The notes under the pieces are model-generated. The model worked only from the letters and a program-made list of their open reading frames with translations, ran no database searches and had not been told where the DNA came from. A stretch of DNA of 64,000 nucleotides, taken from assembly GCA_040905715.1 (NCBI GenBank), contig JBBDRA010000003.1:135075-199074 (forward strand), given 5' to 3'. Of the stretch, positions 56,358-64,000 are shown in pieces. The position numbers were made by a program, and so were the translations under genes. The stretch comes from Minisyncoccota bacterium (GTDB lineage Bacteria; Patescibacteriota; Minisyncoccia; Phycocordibacterales; CSBR16-193). Numbering within the stretch: position 1 is the stretch's first letter; every line of letters starts with the position of its first letter.

Positions 56358-58019
56358 CTATTGTACTAGCGCCACAACTGGTGTGAGTACGTAGCGCGTT
56401 GCCTCGCGCATCCACTCGTGTTCTCGGATCACATCCGCGATCGGCGGGCTCACCGTATAATACAGGGATACGAGAGAATTGCCAACCGGATTCGGCAGAA
56501 GTGTGTTGTCACGAAAATTACGAAGATGAACTATATCCTGATCAAGGTCAGTGCCGAATGCAGCTGTTGCGATGAAGCATCCACCACCGTCCTCAGGAGC
56601 CTCTTCGACCACGGCTACAGCGCACTGGAAAGTGAGAGTCCGCTCTTCTGTTTGTATGTCTACCTGTGCCTTCTTGATTCCAACGGTACCGTATACTCCA
56701 ATTGCACGGTCTGGATCATCGTTATCTTGATTAAGATCATTGTCGCCGTCCCATATATAGCTAAACTCTCGCGTATTAGCCCCGAACGCGTTTGCGCGCC
56801 ATTGGATTTCTTCACCAATAACATGCGGCGGACTTTCAACGTCGCAGGAGAGTCGGGCACTGTCAAGTTCTTCGGGTGGAAACTGCATGAACTCCGCCTT
56901 GCAGGGGAGTGTAATAGACTGATTTCCGGATGAGATAGTGACAATGCCATCCTTTATGCCGTCATTAAAGTATTCTTTGGTAACTGTGTGCTCACTGCTT
57001 TCAAGTCCCTCTGATCCTTCCCAGTCATACACAACGTCGTTTATACCGCCACGGGCGTTTGCTTCCCAGGTTATTTCATTTGTACGCGTATTTAGTTCTG
57101 CAGTGCACGAGCCGGTTAGTGGTGGTTCGATGACCTGTATAGACCGAGAACAAGTAAAGCTGGTACGGCTTTCTCCATCGGTGGAAACCGAAACAGAGGC
57201 TGTTTTTTGCCCCGTACTTTCGTATCGGATCACTCTTTGCTCTCCGGTTCCTTCAAGATCACCGCTTCCATCCCACTCATACTGATAGCGACCGGTACTG
57301 CCGCCAATAGCAAACGCGCGCCAATTAGCTTCTTGGTTAATTTCTATGCGTTCCTTCTCAGGTTCACATGATCCGGTTATGCCGGTAGTATCTATGTCCT
57401 CAGCTATTACTTCCTGTAGAACGGTAAATATCCGCTCTGCCATTATTTCGTATCCCTCGTCGTTTGGATGGACCGGATCGGAAAGACGCGATGGTTTACC
57501 GTGAATGTCTTGCATAATGTTGCGCACATACGCCGCATCGGTCTCGTCGGCAAGATCTTGATAGTCTTGTTCACGATCAAATCGAAACAGCTGTCCATGG
57601 GCGCTGGCTAAAATGACATGCGCTCCGTTATCCTGGATCCGAGTTACAATTTCCTCGAGGTTATCAAATGTTTCTTCTTTAGGTACATCTTGAAGTATAT
57701 CGTTGCCGCCAAGTAAAACTATGACAATGTCCGGATCTTTTCTGAGAACCGCGGTATCAAGTCTATTTAGAGCATCTTCAGTTGTGTCGCCGGTTCGACC
57801 TTCATTGTCGATCGAAAGTTCTGTCCAACGTTCCAGGTCGGAAACATATCCATTGTCGCTTGAACCAACGCCAACCGTGAGGCTGTCACCGAATGCGACA
57901 ATATCAAGATTATTGACTGGTGTTGCAGCAGAAAGGGTGAAGACAGGTATAAGTAAGACCGCGCCAACAAGTGCGCCAATGAGGAGCATGATCGTAATGA
58001 GTCGGCGGGAAAATATCAT
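56358..58019 (-). CDS. Secreted SGNH/GDSL hydrolase with three Ig-like repeat domains and a conserved Cys-containing C-terminal segment
   Basis: Signal peptide. Block I VAFGDSLTVGVG (GDS-L), block III LLGGNDIL, block V DPVHPNDEGY (DxxH). Three repeats of about 90 aa (WEANARGG..YDWEGSEGL, WRANAFGA..YIWDGDNDL, NWRAFAIGG..YEWDGSGDL). The C-terminus is GGGCFIATAAFG...LRNFRDNTLL. Confidence 0.75.
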   Translation of the reverse strand: MIFSRRLITIMLLIGALVGAVLLIPVFTLSAATPVNNLDIVAFGDSLTVGVGSSDNGYVSDLERWTELSIDNEGRTGDTTEDALNRLDTAVLRKDPDIVIVLLGGNDILQDVPKEETFDNLEEIVTRIQDNGAHVILASAHGQLFRFDREQDYQDLADETDAAYVRNIMQDIHGKPSRLSDPVHPNDEGYEIMAERIFTVLQEVIAEDIDTTGITGSCEPEKERIEINQEANWRAFAIGGSTGRYQYEWDGSGDLEGTGEQRVIRYESTGQKTASVSVSTDGESRTSFTCSRSIQVIEPPLTGSCTAELNTRTNEITWEANARGGINDVVYDWEGSEGLESSEHTVTKEYFNDGIKDGIVTISSGNQSITLPCKAEFMQFPPEELDSARLSCDVESPPHVIGEEIQWRANAFGANTREFSYIWDGDNDLNQDNDDPDRAIGVYGTVGIKKAQVDIQTEERTLTFQCAVAVVEEAPEDGGGCFIATAAFGTDLDQDIVHLRNFRDNTLLPNPVGNSLVSLYYTVSPPIADVIREHEWMREATRYVLTPVVALVQ

Positions 58020-58499
58020 GACATTAGTAAACTCCTTCCCAGGGAGAGTGTCAAGGGTCTGGGAAGGAAATTATCTAGAGTTGTCTTATAAAAAGTTCGA
58101 GTGTGATAGTACTCGAACGTAACATTATTTTTTCCTCCACGGGAAAACTACGTTTTCTCGACCCCTTTCCTTGGTTCAAATCTAAGATGGCCGAGATATA
58201 GAAAATCACCCATATAAAAATGAGTGACGTCACTTGTCCGCCCACTTGGATTTGGCCCCGCGAGTTCTAAGTATTTTGCTTCGCTCACTCTCAAAATAAA
58301 ACTTCTTGTGTTTTCTTCGAAAAAATCCGCGAAGCGAATGTGTGCTTTTTTGGATATGGAACGTTACACTTGCAAAAAACACACATTCGCCTGGCCGGCG
58401 CCTCACATCACTTCGCGATATGTTCCGGCGCTTCAAATCCAAACGAAAGATCATAAATGACCTTTCTCTGGGCGGACAAAAAACCGCTCCGCTTTTTTG

Positions 58500-58572
58500 T
58501 CCGCCCACTTGGATTTGAACCAAGGACCGTTCGCTTAAGAGGCGACTGCTCTACCAACTGAGCTATGGGCGG
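58500..58572 (-). tRNA. tRNA-Lys (anticodon CTT)
   Basis: Reverse complement CCGCCCATAGCTCAGTTGGTAGAGCAGTCGCCTCTTAAGCGAACGGTCCTTGGTTCAAATCCAAGTGGGCGGA. Anticodon loop CTCTTAA. The acceptor stem begins with C. Confidence 0.65.
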
Positions 58573-58620
58573 ATATATAGGTTGTTGAAATTTTATAACA
58601 CAAAAATACTTGTATTGCAC

Positions 58621-58641
58621 GTGTGGGCGAGGCGGGAGTCG
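58621..58641. repeat. 21-nt direct repeat of the tRNA-Leu(TAA) 3' end about 220 bp from the gene
   Basis: GTGTGGGCGAGGCGGGAGTCG occurs at 58621-58641 and again at 58838-58858, where it overlaps the tRNA-Leu 3' acceptor/T-arm. Confidence 0.45.
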
Positions 58642-58840
58642 CCGTCAGCTCACATCAATCTTTTATTTCGCTTCGCTCATAAAAGATTGTGTGGCTCCTG
58701 GCCGGGCTCGCCTGCCTCTCCAGGTATTCGAGACATGGCTCCGCCTTTCGACTCCCGACGAACACGCATAAATGCGTGTTCTCCTCTTCTCTGTGATTAA
58801 CAATAGTGTAGGTACCATAGGTATCCAGTTTATTGTTGTG

Positions 58841-58922
58841 TGGGCGAGGCGGGAGTCGAACCCGCATCCGCATGGCGGACAGCATTTTAAGTGCTGCGTG
58901 TATACCATTCCACCACTCGCCC
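58841..58922 (-). tRNA. tRNA-Leu (anticodon TAA), long variable arm
   Basis: Reverse complement GGGCGAGTGGTGGAATGGTATACACGCAGCACTTAAAATGCTGTCCGCCATGCGGATGCGGGTTCGACTCCCGCCTCGCCCA. Anticodon arm CAGCA-CTTAAAA-TGCTG. Confidence 0.8.
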
Positions 58923-59037
58923 TATCGCTTTTTGCCTTTTCCTCCTAAGGCGGACCAGCCTCGGGCTGGCAATTCCCGACGCACCTAAAGCAGTTTAGAT
59001 GCTCCTCAACCACTGCGAAAACCCGAAGGTTTTCTTG

Positions 59038-59109
59038 AGGCCGAGGCGGGAATCGAACCCGCGTGTAAGGGTTTTGCAAACCCGTGCCTTACCACTTGGC
59101 GACTCGGCC
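59038..59109 (-). tRNA. tRNA-Cys (anticodon GCA)
   Basis: Reverse complement GGCCGAGTCGCCAAGTGGTAAGGCACGGGTTTGCAAAACCCTTACACGCGGGTTCGATTCCCGCCTCGGCCT. Anticodon loop TTGCAAA. 3-bp D-stem. Confidence 0.65.
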
Positions 59110-59135
59110 GTCTGTCTCTATAACATCATACTGTA

Positions 59136-59459
59136 TCACAGATCTCGTGACACCTCCTCAATGCGCTGGCGATGTTTTTCGCCACGATCGAGTTCAACGC
59201 TCAGCCACGGAATACGACCAAGTTCAGTGTGAGATTTCATGTATTCTTTGAGCTCGTATATTTTTTTCTGGCCGAGAGCAACGATTTCATCGGTTCGCTC
59301 GTCAGGGAATACCGTAATGTAGATGGTTGCGTACTGGTAGTCGCTACTCACTTTTGTATTCGTCACTGTCACGAGGCAGTTAGTAGGGGTGACGTCATTA
59401 AAAAAAGCAGCAGCTTCGTGCTTTAAAAGTTCAGCTACTTGTTCCTGTCGGCGAGCCAT
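59136..59459 (-). CDS. rbfA: Ribosome-binding factor A
   Basis: 107 aa, KH-like. RRQEQVAELLKHEAAAFF...VTVTNTKVSSDYQYATIYITVF parallels the RbfA pattern (R..rvae.i..ela.il...vtit.vevs.Dl..akvyvsvl). Sits directly downstream of infB. Confidence 0.75.
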   Translation of the reverse strand: MARRQEQVAELLKHEAAAFFNDVTPTNCLVTVTNTKVSSDYQYATIYITVFPDERTDEIVALGQKKIYELKEYMKSHTELGRIPWLSVELDRGEKHRQRIEEVSRDL

Positions 59460-59477
59460 AACGAAGCAATTAAAACA

Positions 59478-61001
59478 TTATCTTTTAATAATGTCAAAAG
59501 CCTCAATGAAGTCTCCTGGCTGGATCTCGATCCGCGCCTCGATCTCTGTACCGAATTCCATTCCTTCTTCAACTTTTGATACGTCTGCTTTCTGTTGCTG
59601 AAGATTTTTTATGGTGCCTTTGGCTATCTCCGCCTCTCGTCGATAGATAGAGATCTTTTCGCCAACTTTGAGAACACCTTCCTCGACTCGACCGCCGAGA
59701 ACTTGCCTGTGTTTTGTTTGACTAAACCGTCGAAGAACTTTTGCTTTACCGGTAGTTTCTTTCTCCTCGATCGTTGGTGTGCGTCGTTCAACCGCTGTGG
59801 TAAGCCAATCAACAGCGTCATAGATAATATCAAATGTACCCATTTCGATATCATCGCGTTGCGCAATGGTTTTTGCAGTGTTGCTTATATCAATATTAAA
59901 ACCAACGATGATCGCTTTGTTGTTGGTCGATGCTAGCATGACGTCGTTTTCATTGACCGGACCGATACCTTTGTGAACGACATCGAGCCTCACTCGTTCA
60001 TTTTCAAGCTTCTTAAGTTCGTGACTCAACCCTTCAATGCCACCGGTTGTATCGGCTTTCAAAATGATCGGAATACTTTCTTGCTCGGGGTTACCTGCAT
60101 CTTCTGCTGGTCTATCAGTTCCTCCTGATAGCTGTTGTTCAATATCCTGCTCGGCCTCTTTCTTGTTTGCAACTGTTTTCCATTTTGCACCTGCTGCTGG
60201 CATGTCGCTCCAGCCGACAATGTTAACAGGTTGAGATAATGTTGCTTCATTAATGGATTCACCGCGAAAGTTTTCCATAATACGTACTGGGGCATACGTA
60301 GGTCCGGCGGTAACAAATACATTTTTAGTAAGTGTGCCGTTCGTCACAATAAGTGTTGCGGCTATGCCGCGCTTGGGATCACGTTTACTCTCGAGAACAA
60401 CGCCGGAAGCGGGTGCGGCCGGGTCAGCTGATAGTTCTTCCATTTCAGCTACCAGTCCGATCATTTCAAGTAGTCCGTCGATGCCGGTGCCTTTGAGTGC
60501 CGATATTTCAACGATCGGTACGTTGCCTCCGAATTGTTCAATATAGACCTCATGCTCAAGCAAGCTTTGTTTGGTTCGCTCAACGTCAGCGTTTTCCTTG
60601 TCGATCTTGTTAACTGCCACAATGTACGGGATCTCAGCTGCACGTATGGCATCGAGAGCTTCTTTGGTCTGTGGCTTCATACCGTCATCAGCGGCAACGA
60701 TGAGAATGGCAATGTCGGCAACCTCAGCTCCACGGGCACGGACACCTGAAAACGCTTCGTGGCCGGGTGTGTCCAAAAAGGTCATGCTGTGTTCCTTGCC
60801 GTCTGATCCGGTTGAGGTGACTTCGTATGCGGAAACGTGCTGGGTGATACCCCCGGCTTCACTGTCCACTACTTTGGTATGCCGAATAGTATCAAGTAGC
60901 GTGGATTTTCCGTGGTCGATATGGCCCATTACGGCTATGATCGGCGGTCGTGTTGTAGTAGAGGTGGTTGTACTCATAGGTAGTAGTTTTTTATTCATCA
61001 A
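59478..61001 (-). CDS. infB: Translation initiation factor IF-2, compact form lacking long N-terminal domains
   Basis: G-domain [36 protein letters not shown]-terminal beta-barrel domains. 507 aa. Confidence 0.9.
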   Translation of the reverse strand: MMNKKLLPMSTTTSTTTRPPIIAVMGHIDHGKSTLLDTIRHTKVVDSEAGGITQHVSAYEVTSTGSDGKEHSMTFLDTPGHEAFSGVRARGAEVADIAILIVAADDGMKPQTKEALDAIRAAEIPYIVAVNKIDKENADVERTKQSLLEHEVYIEQFGGNVPIVEISALKGTGIDGLLEMIGLVAEMEELSADPAAPASGVVLESKRDPKRGIAATLIVTNGTLTKNVFVTAGPTYAPVRIMENFRGESINEATLSQPVNIVGWSDMPAAGAKWKTVANKKEAEQDIEQQLSGGTDRPAEDAGNPEQESIPIILKADTTGGIEGLSHELKKLENERVRLDVVHKGIGPVNENDVMLASTNNKAIIVGFNIDISNTAKTIAQRDDIEMGTFDIIYDAVDWLTTAVERRTPTIEEKETTGKAKVLRRFSQTKHRQVLGGRVEEGVLKVGEKISIYRREAEIAKGTIKNLQQQKADVSKVEEGMEFGTEIEARIEIQPGDFIEAFDIIKR

Positions 61002-61022
61002 ACACCCTCTTTCCTCCGGGTG

Positions 61023-61526
61023 TTACTTCTTGTTGCCTTGCGTTAGAACTCGGGCGAGGTCAATAACATTCTGTTCCTCCTCAGATAATTCCTGGTGGGG
61101 CTTAAAGCTCGTCACGCGCTTAGAGAAGACATTTGTTCGCTCGCGTGCATAAAGACTTGAGAGCACAATGCCATCACCGCGCTCAGAAATCAAGGCTGTA
61201 GCAAAACTATGGTTGCCACCAGACCCATCTCCGGCGAATGGATTGAACCGAACCGTTTCAACTCCACGAACAGCAGTTTGCATTCTATTTTCTAGATCAT
61301 TGATGTGGGTTTCTGTTTTTTCCCGAAATCCATTGAGTTTATCGAGGTTCTTGTAGATCGCAACTAATGTGTCCTCTAGAGTTTCAGCGTTTTTTGTAGC
61401 TAAGAGGATGCTGAATTTTCGCTCAATACGAATGATCCAGTAAATGAGGAATAGCACAAGTGCTACGAGAACAACAATAACAGCAATTACAAGAATATCG
61501 AGTGAAACAGGTAGGTCAATGTTCAT
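61023..61526 (-). CDS. DUF4446-like membrane protein (N-terminal TM, coiled-coil, conserved RFNPF...GGN.SFA...VLSSLY core)
   Basis: [65 protein letters not shown] recalls the DUF4446 conserved block. Tentative. Confidence 0.4.
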   Translation of the reverse strand: MNIDLPVSLDILVIAVIVVLVALVLFLIYWIIRIERKFSILLATKNAETLEDTLVAIYKNLDKLNGFREKTETHINDLENRMQTAVRGVETVRFNPFAGDGSGGNHSFATALISERGDGIVLSSLYARERTNVFSKRVTSFKPHQELSEEEQNVIDLARVLTQGNKK

Positions 61527-61788
61527 AGATGTGCAACAGAGTACGTGAAATGATTAAATATCCCCAATAGGATCGGGGAAGGCAAAACAAGGCCAATAAA
61601 GTCACTTTTGATTATATACGGGACACAACAGAAGTGCAATTCAGGGATATTCACGCGTACCCCATAACTAGAAAAATGGGTCTAAATATGATATAGTTTG
61701 AGTATAGAAAGAAGCGGGCGAATGACTTCCATGGCAGTGTGTCGGGTATGAATTATCTATTAACTAACGCATATTCTCAAAAATTGTT

Positions 61789-64000
61789 ATGAACATGCCT
61801 CCATTCCACAACTTTACAACAAAGGGCAAGGAAGCGATTCGCAAAGCGCACGAGCTTGCGATCGAGCGTGGGCAGAACCACGTGAACCCGCTCCACTTGC
61901 TTACGGCTCTGATTCTGCAGGAAGAGTCAATGGTGACATCGATCCTCGACAAACTCGAGATCGATACCATCATGCTGACCGATTCTCTGATTGAGCAGAT
62001 CGAGGCACCGGAGGCCGCTCACACTATGTCGCCGTCGTACCAGATCTACCTCACTCCTGAGCTGGCAACCATTATCGAGGATTCTGCTCGTATTGCTCAA
62101 GAGCTTGGCGATGAGTTTGTTTCAACCGAACACCTTTTTATCTCTACGATCGAATCGCCGGGCAATGCTAAAGAGATGCTGAATCAATTTCACATCGAAA
62201 AGGAGAGTGTATTGGCTGTACTTGAGGAGCTTAAGCACAGTTCAATGGTGGATACTGAGGAGACACCAAAGAAAAATAAGAATCTTGCCCGGTATACCCG
62301 CAATCTCACTCAGGAAGCGGCTGAAAATAAGATCGACCCGGTCATTGGACGAGAAGAGGAGATCGCTCGCATCATTCAGATCCTCTCACGACGCACAAAA
62401 AACAACCCAATGCTTATCGGTGAAGCCGGTGTCGGTAAGACCGCCATCGTCGAGGGTCTGGCAGCAAAAATTGCATCCGGGGATGTGCCGGAGTCATTGA
62501 AAGATAAGGAGATCGTTTCGCTCGACCTCGGTCTCTTGATCGCCGGTACGAAATACCGCGGAGAGTTCGAGGAGCGTCTTAAAAATATTATTAAAGAGGT
62601 CGAACGATCAGAAGGTCAGATCGTGCTCTTTATCGATGAGATCCACACGATCGTCGGTGCTGGTGCGGCTGACGGTTCGGTTGATGCTTCGAACATGCTT
62701 AAACCAGCGCTTGCTCGTGGAGGGTTGCGCGCTGTTGGGGCTACAACATTCAAGGAATATCAGCGTCATATTGAAAAAGATCCGGCACTCACTCGTCGTT
62801 TTCAGCCTGTGCATGTAAATGAGCCGACCGATGAAGACACTATTACGATTCTTCGTGGACTCAAGGAACGCTATGAGCTGTACCACGGTGTCGGTATCAC
62901 CGACGAATCTATCCGCTCAGCGGTGACGCTTTCGAGTCGATATATAACCGATCGTTTTCTGCCAGATAAGGCTGTTGATTTGATCGATGAATCTGCTTCA
63001 TATCTCAAGATCTCTCTTGAGAATATGCCGCCGCAACTTCAGGAAACTCACCAGCAGATCATGAAACTCGAGATCGAGCGAGAAGCTTTGAGAAAGGAAG
63101 CGGAAGAAAATAATAATAAAAAAGCAAAAACGCGTACGAAGCAAATTGATCGCGAGATCGCTGATCTGCGTGAGAAGACATCCGAGTTAGAATTGAAATG
63201 GAAGAACGAAAAGGAGACTGTGTCAGGTATTAAAGTAGATAAAGAACAGCTCGAACGGCTGCGCCTAGAAGCGGAAGCGGCAGAATCACAAGCTGACCTC
63301 ACGAAAGCCGCGGAGATTCGCTACGGAGCCATTCCGGCGATCGAAAAGGATCTGGAAAATAAAACAAAACGCCTCAAGCAACTTCAAAAAAGTCGACGGA
63401 TCCTGCATGAAGAGATCACAGGCGAGGATGTCGCAAGTGTGGTCTCACGCTGGACCGGTATCCCGGTAGCACGAATGCTTGAGGAGGAAGCAGAGAAACT
63501 TAATCGAATGGAAGAGATGCTCAAGGCTCGGGTTATTGGGCAGGAAGAGGCTGTCCAGAAAATAGCTGATACGGTTAAGCGATCGCGCGCAGGTATTGCT
63601 GATCCTAACCGACCGATCGGCTCGTTCATGTTCCTTGGTCCGACCGGTGTTGGAAAAACAGAGCTGACCAAGGCCCTTGCTGAATTTATGTTTGACGATG
63701 ATGAGGCATTGATCCGAGTTGATATGTCAGAGTTCATGGAGCGACACGCTGTGTCCAAGCTCGTCGGTTCACCTCCGGGATATGTAGGTCATGAAGAGGG
63801 TGGTAACTTAACCGAACAAGTACGCCATCGACCGTATTCGGTCATTCTTTTTGATGAGATCGAAAAAGCGCATCCGGAAGTGTTCAATATTCTACTTCAG
63901 GTGCTCGATAACGGTCACTTAACTGATGCAAAGGGAAAAAAGGTCAACTTTAAGAACACGGTTATTGTTATGACCTCAAACGTTGGAGCAAGCTATATTG
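61789..64000 (+). CDS. clpB: AAA+ chaperone ClpB (partial, continues beyond window end)
   Basis: Clp N-domain repeats. Walker A of NBD1 [16 protein letters not shown] long coiled-coil middle domain typical of ClpB. Start of NBD2 Walker [18 protein letters not shown]. Start at ATG 61789 or 61795. Confidence 0.85.
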   Translation, partial: MNMPPFHNFTTKGKEAIRKAHELAIERGQNHVNPLHLLTALILQEESMVTSILDKLEIDTIMLTDSLIEQIEAPEAAHTMSPSYQIYLTPELATIIEDSARIAQELGDEFVSTEHLFISTIESPGNAKEMLNQFHIEKESVLAVLEELKHSSMVDTEETPKKNKNLARYTRNLTQEAAENKIDPVIGREEEIARIIQILSRRTKNNPMLIGEAGVGKTAIVEGLAAKIASGDVPESLKDKEIVSLDLGLLIAGTKYRGEFEERLKNIIKEVERSEGQIVLFIDEIHTIVGAGAADGSVDASNMLKPALARGGLRAVGATTFKEYQRHIEKDPALTRRFQPVHVNEPTDEDTITILRGLKERYELYHGVGITDESIRSAVTLSSRYITDRFLPDKAVDLIDESASYLKISLENMPPQLQETHQQIMKLEIEREALRKEAEENNNKKAKTRTKQIDREIADLREKTSELELKWKNEKETVSGIKVDKEQLERLRLEAEAAESQADLTKAAEIRYGAIPAIEKDLENKTKRLKQLQKSRRILHEEITGEDVASVVSRWTGIPVARMLEEEAEKLNRMEEMLKARVIGQEEAVQKIADTVKRSRAGIADPNRPIGSFMFLGPTGVGKTELTKALAEFMFDDDEALIRVDMSEFMERHAVSKLVGSPPGYVGHEEGGNLTEQVRHRPYSVILFDEIEKAHPEVFNILLQVLDNGHLTDAKGKKVNFKNTVIVMTSNVGASYI

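Noticed and set aside
56418-57285. Plus-strand ORFs within the SGNH hydrolase gene
   Set aside because: They are antisense to an ORF with GDSL/SGNH blocks I, III and V.
58224-58908. Small ORFs (70-97 aa) in the tRNA-Lys / tRNA-Leu interval
   Set aside because: They overlap tRNA genes and hairpin or repeat elements, and have low-complexity Arg/Ser-rich translations.
59172-59426. 84-aa plus-strand ORF
   Set aside because: It is antisense to rbfA.
1-64000. CRISPR arrays, rRNA genes, transposase/IS elements
   Set aside because: No regularly spaced short direct repeats with unique spacers were seen, and no 16S/23S/5S-like conserved stretches. No DDE transposase or inverted terminal repeats were recognised. 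The only mobile signature is the serine-recombinase island.

Overview
This 64 kb window looks like a streamlined Patescibacteria/CPR-like bacterial chromosome segment. Some housekeeping proteins are compact: ValRS is 747 aa and IF-2 is 507 aa. The core genes are valS, tsaD, trxB, ftsZ, ftsA, ybeY, rpsU, a HisRS-like gene, lepB, pth, rpsA, gyrA, rbfA, infB, clpB, hsp20 and a PrsW-like protease gene. There are nine tRNA genes: Phe, Val, Glu, Ser, Leu-TAG, Lys, Leu-TAA and Cys, plus the tRNA-Ser that serves as an apparent integration site.

Between about 11.9 and 34.75 kb lies a visibly AT-rich accessory region, by eye roughly 30-38% GC against 45-50% in the flanks. It begins right after an intact tRNA-Ser(CGA) and ends at a 22-nt direct repeat of that tRNA's 3' end. 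Its first half is a metabolic or biosynthetic cargo cluster: TPP-dependent E1 alpha and beta subunits, a class I/II aminotransferase, two ATP-grasp ligases, a NUDIX hydrolase, a SAM methyltransferase, a 2-hydroxyacid dehydrogenase and ndk.

Its second half is a mobile-element and defence module. It carries a large serine recombinase, an Xis-like HTH protein, and then a very tightly packed co-directional operon. That operon holds a Type III R-M pair (Mod then Res), a MotB-like protein, a MotA-like protein with a coiled-coil tail, an HNH nuclease and a Cas4-like nuclease fused to a DUF2779-like domain. The MotB/MotA/HNH trio is a Zorya type II-like set. Downstream are a phage TerS-like HTH protein and a ParB-DNA-methyltransferase fusion.

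Other notable features are a 1633-aa acidic, repeat-rich surface protein with perfect intragenic tandem repeats and a PG-binding-like domain, a tandem array of six VirB2/TrbC-like small hairpin-membrane paralogs, a LAGLIDADG-like gene fused into the tsaD operon next to a tRNA cluster, a HisRS homolog with degenerate catalytic motifs, and a tRNA-Leu 3'-end fragment repeat. No CRISPR array or rRNA gene was seen. All coordinates come from manual reading and may be off by a few nucleotides at tRNA and repeat edges.
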